DNA of 16,832 nt from contig JBHGNT010000718.1 in the NCBI GenBank assembly GCA_043228905.1, positions 1 to 16,832 on the forward strand, written 5' to 3'. A model generated the notes under the pieces. That model was not told where the DNA came from, did no database searches, and saw nothing but the letters and a program-made list of their open reading frames with translations. The DNA is from Azolla caroliniana. Lineage: Eukaryota; Plantae; Polypodiophyta. Both the position numbers and the translations under genes were made by a program. Below, one piece after another: positions 9,872 to 16,832 of the stretch (the first letter of the stretch is position 1; the number at the start of each line of letters is the position of its first letter).

Positions 9872-10540
9872 TGTCATGCCTTTCGGCTCCGGATCGTTGC
9901 GTGAGTTAGGTGGGAACCATTGAGGTTTTGGACTAGGAGAAAGAAGAATATGAGATAAGGCTCTTTATGAATGGATTGCAAGAAAGAGATATATTTGAAG
10001 GAAGATATGAAACTCGTGAATCTCACGAGTATAGTGTATTAATTGATACTTAGAATGTAAGACAGAAATAGATGGCAAAATCGTGAATCCCAGGAATATA
10101 TTAGATTGATCAAATCCTTGTAAAATAATCAACAACCCCTATACATCTTTCTCTCTTCCTTATATAGTGTTGGAAGAGTCTAAGTTTATTATATGCAAGC
10201 ATCATGCTTTTCCTAACTTTAGTTTTCATGCACTCTGCATGTGCATGATTAGCTTTCTTTCCCATCTTTTCTTTTAACTCGAGTGTATATGCATGAATAA
10301 CTTTTTGTACCATGCATATCTAGGATATTTACATGGAATAAAGTTTAGTATAACTTTAAAATTCATAATATGCTAGTATAGTGGTAAGGTTGGGGTTTGT
10401 CTATGTGGAGGTACATGGTTCGAATCTTGCCCTATGCACATAATAAATATTTTTAATATTTTATTTTATTTATTATATGTACATTAAATCGGATATAGTA
10501 TTTTACATATTTCACGTAGTGTGTGATTCACACTATGACA
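9872..10540 (-). repeat. Putative 3' LTR of element C
   Basis: TGTCAT...ATGACA 6-bp terminal inverted repeat immediately following a PPT. AT-rich. Minus-strand CTATATAAGG at 10158-10167. Confidence 0.8.
10367..10438 (+). pseudogene. tRNA-like (possibly tRNA-Asp-derived) Pol III A/B-box module inside LTR C
   Basis: A box TAGTATAGTGG (10374-10384) and B box GGTTCGAATCT (10417-10427) at tRNA spacing. Stems do not fold well. Confidence 0.5.
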
Positions 10541-10553
10541 ATCGCCCCCTCCG
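10541..10553 (-). promoter_or_regulatory. Polypurine tract of element C
   Basis: GGAGGGGGCGAT directly before TGTCA on the minus strand. Confidence 0.8.
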
Positions 10554-10739
10554 AACCCGCATATCCTCCGGTATGTGCCGAAGTCCCTGATGCTTGCTAT
10601 TCACCTTCATCCGAAGCTTCCTCCGATTCTCCCCTTAAGTCAACTATGATTGTAATCCACTTTCTTCGCTTTCCACATCACCGCGATCTTTGTCCGATTG
10701 CTCCTCCTTGTCGGTCTTGTCTAGGATCACATAGGGTTC

Positions 10740-11897
10740 TTCATTAGTCCGCTTTTTGAAAATCTTCACCCGTTTTCCGGTTATAGGCACTCGTAGCATC
10801 CAACTCGCATAGTCGGTAAGTTCCGTTGTCGAAAACTTTCCGAACCTCGTATGGCCCGAACCACCTTTTCGCGAACTTCCGCATCGTTGTATGTTGATGA
10901 TCCAAACTACTATCGTAGACAATCACCCAATCTCCTTCTTCAATCTTCCGCGGTCATAGTCGGTGCTTTGTGTAGAACCGGCTTTTATTCCGGAATCGCG
11001 CTTCTTGTTGTCGGTGTATTGCTTCCGCTATGTCTTCCGGTCTTCCCTCTAGTTGTCGTATCCGAACCGCTAGTAGTTCTTCCCGGCTCATCTCTTCCTT
11101 CCACGGTAGCACTGTCCATGTCGCGATCGCGTTTTCTGATGACATTACCGGTGCTTGTCCGGTCATGAGTTCTGCCGGCATGTAACCGGTTACGGAGCTT
11201 TGCGTCGTCCGATCCCCCTATAGTGCATACGGAAGCATCTGTGGCCAATCCTTCACCCGTCCGTCGCATGCTTTGGCAAGTGCTTTTACGATCGGACTAT
11301 GTCCTAATTCGATTTTCCCGTTGGCCACAAGATTGTATGTCGTTGTTAGTGTTAACCGAACTCCATGTTTGGTGAAGTATTCTTTAGCTTTATCAGAGTC
11401 TAGTTCTCCTCGATCCGCAATCACTTGTCCTACGCACTCGTACCTGCAAAACACCTCCTCCAAAAGAAATTGGCATACCGCAGAACACGTTATCCTTCGT
11501 ATTGCCCAACCTTCTACTTGGTTTGTGAGATCTTCCCGAGCTAACACCAAGTACTTCTTTTGTCCGATCCCAGTTGGCATGGCTACAATATCGACCATCC
11601 ACTTGAAGTTGATTGTCGGTGAGAATGTCGGATGTAACTCACTCGGTGTCAAACTCTGGAGTAGATTTGACACTTCTCGTAGCTTTCCATGAACTCCGCT
11701 ATATCTTTGTACATGTTCTTCCACTGATATTTTTGTTTGATTTTCACAAAAGTTGCCCATGTTCCTCGATGTCCAGCCCAAATGGATTCGTGAAACTTGG
11801 ACATTATCCAATTTCGTTGGTCTTTCGTCCCGACTACCCGAAGTGGTATGCCATCCGGTCTTTTCGGCTCCCTCCATATTAATCCATTTGGGTATAG
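10740..11897 (-). pseudogene. pol: Gypsy integrase (HHCC, core, GPY/F)
   Basis: FHESIWAGHRG..YEKCQ, WMVDIV, AREDLT, IADRGE, ANGKIELGH, DWPQMLPYAL, KRWFGPYEV..NGTYRL. Confidence 0.93.
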
Positions 11898-13310
11898 GTC
11901 ATATCCGGAGTATAGGTCTCCGATGGAGTATATCGCGCGTCCGGCAAATGCTTCCGCAAATTCGTCCACTATCAGACCGACTCTAGAGTTCCGGATCGTG
12001 ACTTTGTTCACCGGTTGCAAGTCTTGGATAAATTGGAGTAACCCATTCTTCTTCAGAACTGTAAACCATCGATTTGAGTACGGAGCATTTGATGGCTCTA
12101 GAATCCCTATTGCCACCTTCTCCTTGAGCAAGTCGATGACTTTTGGAATATGCGCCTGCGGCACCGGAATTGGCTTTAGGTTCCACGGCACATGGTCAAT
12201 CGTGAAGATCACCATCGGCTCCACTATCTTCAGATCAACGCACCCTATATCCTTCGATGTGAATGCAAATGCTTTCCCATGTTGTTCCAACATCCCACGG
12301 AATCGTTCTTCTTCATTTTGTAAAAGGAAACCACCTCCACTGATCTGAAGTTTCTTCCGGGTCTCATCCGTGAAGGCATGTCCGATATCCACGGACTTCC
12401 GAAGTGTCGGATCTCCCAAGACTTCTTACCTCTTTTGTTTGCTATCTGCAGGTAACGGTCCTGCGGCCGGTTTCACTTTCTTCTCCACTGTCTTGTATTT
12501 CGTACTTACCATTGCTTCTTCTTTGCGGAGCGCATCCGGCCCCATTTTTGCAATGATCTCGTACATCTCGACCGATTCCACCGGAATTACCCGGTTTCCC
12601 TGGCTTGTATCTTCCGCGAGCTCTTCAAGCCGTTGTAGCGTGCTCCCATAGAACACTTCTTCGATTATTCCCACGATTTCTTCTTCTTCTTTTATTATTG
12701 ATGCCGACCATAAATTATCCTCCACTTTTCGGTATTCTTTCTTCATTCCTCCGGTTACGGCCGTGTACGTGGATGCCCTATCCGGACCGATTCATACTTG
12801 TTTTGCTCCGAGAGTTTTCTTCCTGTGTGAGGTATCAGGGCTTCTCGGACTATCACTTCCCCACTCTGCAACAGTTCACTCTAAAAATCCATCCTTTTTT
12901 GGGACAAGAGCTCTCTCTTGTTCCTTTCATGATTTGTCGGCACAGTTAGGAATTGGATGGATTTCCCTCCACTTTGGCTCCGAATTCATGCGAAAGCTGC
13001 ACCGCTATCGAGCACCTTCGTCTCCATCCGTGATGCCGTGATAAATGGTTGCCCGAGGATTACGGAATGTGATACCTCGTCTTGTACGAAGAAATTTTGG
13101 TCGATCTCGACATCCCCGATCTTCACCGTCACATCCGGACAAGCTGCAAATAGATCTTCCGTTGCTTTAGTGGCTGCCCGGATCTTCCATCCATGGTTAG
13201 TGTTTATAGGCCACTTCCCCTTCCAGTAGAACTCCTTGGACATCAAATTGATCTCCGATCCGTGATCAATCAATGCTAGCACGGGCTCCTGCATGTTGCC
13301 AATTCGAACC
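11898..13310 (-). pseudogene. pol: Gypsy aspartic protease and N-terminal third of RT (rest of RT and RNase H deleted)
   Basis: LALIDHGSEINLM..VILGQPF; ILEPSNAPYSNRWF.V.KKNG.LQFIQDLQPVN..YSIGDLYSGYD. Confidence 0.9.
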
Positions 13311-14017
13311 GGAGTCTCCGCCGTTGCATGTGCCTAGTGTGGCCTTGTGTAGTGGGAGTTCAATATTTCATCCTCCACTTCGGTGTCATTCATTAAGACG
13401 GTATTTGCATTCACCCCTTGGAGCATTTTCCTCTGTACTTTGTCTTTTTCTCTTCACGAGATCCACAAGAAGATTGTGGAACTCCTTCTTCGCTACCCGA
13501 CTGTCGAGGATTCTCTCCTCGAACACTTTCTTTATGTCCGTCTGTTGCTCGATGTCCGAAGTGAGTTTGAATGTCGGAATCGTTTTTCCTTTCCCTCTTC
13601 CTTTGGAGTTCCAACTGTCCGGTGTCTTCGATGGTCTGGCCGCATCCTCCGTGCGTCGTCGCTTCTTGTCCACATACACCTCATGTAATTGACATAGGGT
13701 GTATACGTTATTCTTATCGATAGGGCACTCCCATCCCGTAGCTTTCCGGATGCCTTCCGCAATGCTTCAAATCTCGTTGGAGTCGGTTTTCTCGATGGTT
13801 TCTAGCACTTCTGGCCCAAAAGACACCTTTGCTCCCGATGACTCCCCGACACGTATTCCCGCGGTTGTCGCGTAATTGCTCTTCGCCGCTATTTCCTCCT
13901 CTAGGACCTTCTTCATGCCGCCTTTTCGGAAGTTCGGTCGGAGCGGCTTCCGAGAGTCCATCGAATGAATCTGATTTCCCTTGTAGTAGATAAGATCCCG
14001 TCGTAGTGCTTCCTTGT
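13311..14017 (-). pseudogene. gag: C-terminal gag region of element C, truncated by insertion
   Basis: Fragmented coding-like frames directly upstream of the protease. Assignment is positional. Confidence 0.55.
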
Positions 14018-14357
14018 TGTTAACTCTTAGGGCCGGACAATGGCCTAACACAGGGTGTCTATGGAAGACACTTCACCCAAGGGGTGTTACGGCAAGAGGA
14101 TTATGCTTCAACGATTAATCCACCTTAATTAGGTTACTTAGCAAGATCGTCCTTAATGATCACACGCATAAGATATAACAATGAATGCAGAACGGCAATC
14201 AACACAGAGAGATAAAAACATTAAGCTTTATTAATTAACCACTCCTCATTACATTGTATCCAGGCCTTTAAATAGGTTTCCGGTCTGTAGTACAAAACGG
14301 TGCCATTCGCACATGTTCAGGATCGGTCCGGATCCGGAAGGGCATACCGATTCCGGT
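14018..14357 (-). mobile_element. Element D: partial LTR of a B-related subfamily, inserted in element C gag and interrupted by E
   Basis: Starts TGTTAACTCTTAGGGCCGGACAA and is collinear with 1659-~1989. TATA at 14265-14276 and AATAAA at 14227-14232 on the minus strand. Confidence 0.88.
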
Positions 14358-14776
14358 TGTTATTCGCTGGCCGGACAAGGCCTAACACAAGGTGTCACGG
14401 AGACACTTCACCAAAGGGTGATTACGGCATAGGATTAAGATTCAACGATTACACCGACTTACGTAGGTTACACGATTAGAATGCTTTGGTTAATTACACG
14501 CGTAAGATATAACAATAATTACAGAACGGAAATCAAGACAGAAGTACAAACATCATAAGCTCTATTAATTATCCGCTGCGATTACAATGGGGTCCGGGCC
14601 TTTAAATAGGTTTCCGGCCCGTAGTACAAAACGGTGCCTATCGCACCTATTCGGGATCCGTCCGGATCTGGAACGGCATACCGTTTCCAGTCCGTCCGTC
14701 CACACTATGCTTATTTACAACCCTACTTAATTAACTCCTTCACTCCGTATTTTGGACTCCTTGCCGGCCGGTAACA
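14358..14776 (-). repeat. 3' LTR of element E
   Basis: TGTTA...GTAACA termini, collinear with B LTRs, TATA at 14599-14610 (minus). Confidence 0.92.
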
Positions 14777-14778
14777 CA

Positions 14779-14795
14779 TGGCACGCCCGTGGGAC
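14779..14795 (+). promoter_or_regulatory. Antisense PBS-like motif (tRNA-Arg complement) in place of a PPT
   Basis: TGGCACGCCCGTGGGAC 2 nt from the LTR end. Confidence 0.75.
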
Positions 14796-14875
14796 AGTAC
14801 CTTGTACGTCGAACCCTTCTCGGCCCCTTCATTGTTCACCCAACTGTCCAAAATATCTTGTTCCAGAGTTTCCAA

Positions 14876-16832
14876 TTATTCTTCCGGTTGTGGTTGTTGC
14901 GGTTGTGCTTGCTGCTGCTGCTGCTGTGGTTGCGGTTGGGACTGAGGCTGCTCCGGCTGCTCTATAGGCGGCTGCTCGGCGGCTGCTCCGTTTGTTTCTC
15001 TATTCTCTGACTCCGGCATCTCCGTTTGACTGCTTCCGGTCCGGTCTCCTTCCAGTACCGGTTCCTCATCACTGAGGTTGACCGTAACCGGTTCTCGTGC
15101 TTTCTCTTCCCGGATCCGGGACCTCTCATAGCTTTCAAACTGGATCTGCGCCTCCAGCCTGTCGTCGTCCAGCTGAGGTACAAGTTGCCGGACTTGCTCT
15201 AGTTGGTCCTCTGCCAAGGCTTGAAAGTCTTCGGCCAGCTCATCTCTTATGCCGGTGAAGTCTTCGGAATTCAGCATATAGCAATCATCTCCCTCCTTCC
15301 GCCGGTTCTCTACGTCGGCCCGGAGCAATTGGAGTTCCGCCGCGTTCGTGGCCCACTTGGTCCACCATTTGACGGACCCGTTGTCAATCAAGCTCTTGGT
15401 CTGGTTCAACCAGGCCCGCATGATATCCTGGATGCGACTTGCTCCCATTTGTGCTCTGCTTTCCACAACTTGTCGCTCCTCCTTCAACTGCTTGATGAGA
15501 TTAGCCGTATCCTCCGCCTGCTCTCTGTAGCGCGTCAGCTGCCCTTGATATGTCGTTTGCAGCCTCTGCAGTACCTCCGCCGCTCTTTCTTTTTCCGCCT
15601 ATTGTTGCCTGAGGAGCTCTGTCCGAACCTTCTCCGCCTCTTCCAACCGTCTTCTGGTTTCCGCTTGTTCCTTGGCGAATGCGGTTGTGGTCCGATCAAC
15701 TGCTTGCCGGAGCTCATCCGTCCGTTCCTTGTGCTCCGTTTGCAACCGTTTATACTCCCGGTGCAATTGCTCAAATTCCTCCGTTTTTTGTTTGAGCTTG
15801 CCGTTGATCTGGCGATGGTTCCGGTCCTCCCGGTCCTTTACCTGCCGGAGTTCCTCTTTCAGGCGCTCTACTTCTGTTTCGGCGTTTCTCCGGAGCCTCT
15901 CCTTCTCTTGCAGCATTTTCTCCTTCTCCTCCTTGAGCCGGTCGTACGCTTGGTGGCCTTTTCGTAAGCTCTCCTCGGCCAAGCGTAGCTTCTCAGCAGT
16001 CTTTTTGAGTTCTGCCTCCGCTACCGTTTTCAACTCTCTTTCGCGGCTCCTCAGCGCTTCTTGGGCAGCTAGCTCATCCTTTAAATCAGCAAGCTCTTGG
16101 GCTTGTGCCCTATTTCTCTCCGGAACGGTTTCCGTTGCCGGGGTCTGATTGCTATGTACAGGTTGATCTGACGCCTTATTCTGTACATTGCCCGGAGTCA
16201 CCGGTGCTTGGACTTGTGTTGTCAAAGCCAATTGAGCCATTTCCCTTGTGACCCTGTCCAAGTCTTGTTCAAGGCTCCGGATTCTGGACCGGGCCGTCTC
16301 TAGATCTACGGTTGTGACGAGCAACCGTTCCTGGTGCGCTCTCTCTTCCGCCTCTATATACTCGACCGCTCCGGCGATTTGCTCGCCTACCCACCGTAGC
16401 TACATGCTACTGGTGCCTTGCTGCTATACTGGTCGGGTCGGCTCATTCACTGTGGAATTGTCTGGCCTGAGTGCCTGCATATGCCGTTCTGGTTCTACTC
16501 CTTGGCCGCCGTGTGTGCTGGCTGGGCTCGCCGGCTGTTGAGTCCCGGTTCTCGCCGTCTCCGGAGCCGTTGGAATGACTGCTTCTATAGAAGTCGACAA
16601 GACCGGTTCCCTACGCACCGGTTCCGGTTCCTCCCTTGTGGTTTGCTCAGGTTGAGTTGGGGGCGTTTCTGCCTCTCGCGGGTACGACCGCTCCCCTCCT
16701 GTCTCGGCGGTCCTACTTCTTGACCGTCGTTGGAGGTGCTCTTCTGGCTCCTCCGTTTCCTCTTCCTGTGTAACGACATGTTTCTGTGCCGTCAAGGGTT
16801 CCGGTTCCTTCTGTCCCGGTCGCCGTATGGTT
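14876..16832 (-). pseudogene. Extra 3' ORF of element E: low-complexity region, long coiled coil, Q/P-rich tail
   Basis: ORF fragments 16424-16795, 15599-16324 and 14876-15487, rich in E/K/R/L/A heptad-like sequence. Tail TVNLSDEEP matches element B. Confidence 0.8.

Larger units (their letters stand above)
9872..14017 (-). mobile_element. Element C: degenerate Ty3/gypsy retrotransposon of a different family (5' part displaced beyond window by nested insertions)
   Basis: Order gag-PR-RT(truncated)-IN-PPT-LTR on the minus strand. Confidence 0.93.
14358..16832 (-). mobile_element. Element E: 3' end of another B-family gypsy element (continues past window)
   Basis: LTR 14358-14776 plus subterminal sequence and ORF tail homologous to 2117-2450. 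Confidence 0.92.

Noticed and set aside
10367-10438. Functional tRNA gene
   Set aside because: Acceptor and anticodon stems do not pair.
14888-14940. CTG/GTT triplet repeats or CRISPR-like array
   Set aside because: Encodes the Q/P-rich tail of the extra ORF; no repeat-spacer structure and the context is eukaryotic.
15203-15967. Long plus-strand ORF (also 1931-2659, 4742-5389, 11797-12348)
   Set aside because: Antisense shadows of minus-strand TE ORFs; L/F/R/S-rich with no motifs.
15599-16324. SMC/myosin-like host gene
   Set aside because: Coiled-coil composition only; it lies inside element E and its tail is homologous to element B.

Overview
Eukaryotic, almost certainly land-plant, heterochromatin made almost entirely of nested, degenerate LTR retrotransposons, all coding on the minus strand. 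A bryophyte-like host is an inference only. (A) A Ty1/copia element (<1-9717; 5' LTR ~9316-9717, tRNA-iMet PBS) has an internal post-insertion duplication and is split within RT by (B). (B) is a 4.27-kb Ty3/gypsy non-chromovirus (Tat/Athila-like) deletion derivative (1659-5928; paired LTRs ~96% identical, CCTTG TSD) with gag, an integrase stump and an extra 3' ORF. (C) is a second, different gypsy element (3' LTR 9872-10540, PPT, IN, truncated RT, PR, gag). It carries a tRNA-like Pol III module in its LTR and is interrupted at 14018 by (D). (D) is a partial LTR of the B family, itself interrupted at 14358 by (E), another B-family member with a long coiled-coil 3' ORF. No intact host gene is visible. 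The most unusual observation is that B-family elements have no polypurine tract. At the PPT position they carry a conserved tRNA-Arg 3'-end sequence (an inward-facing second PBS), suggesting both DNA strands may be tRNA-primed. All alignments and counts were done by eye; tRNA identities are recalled, not searched.
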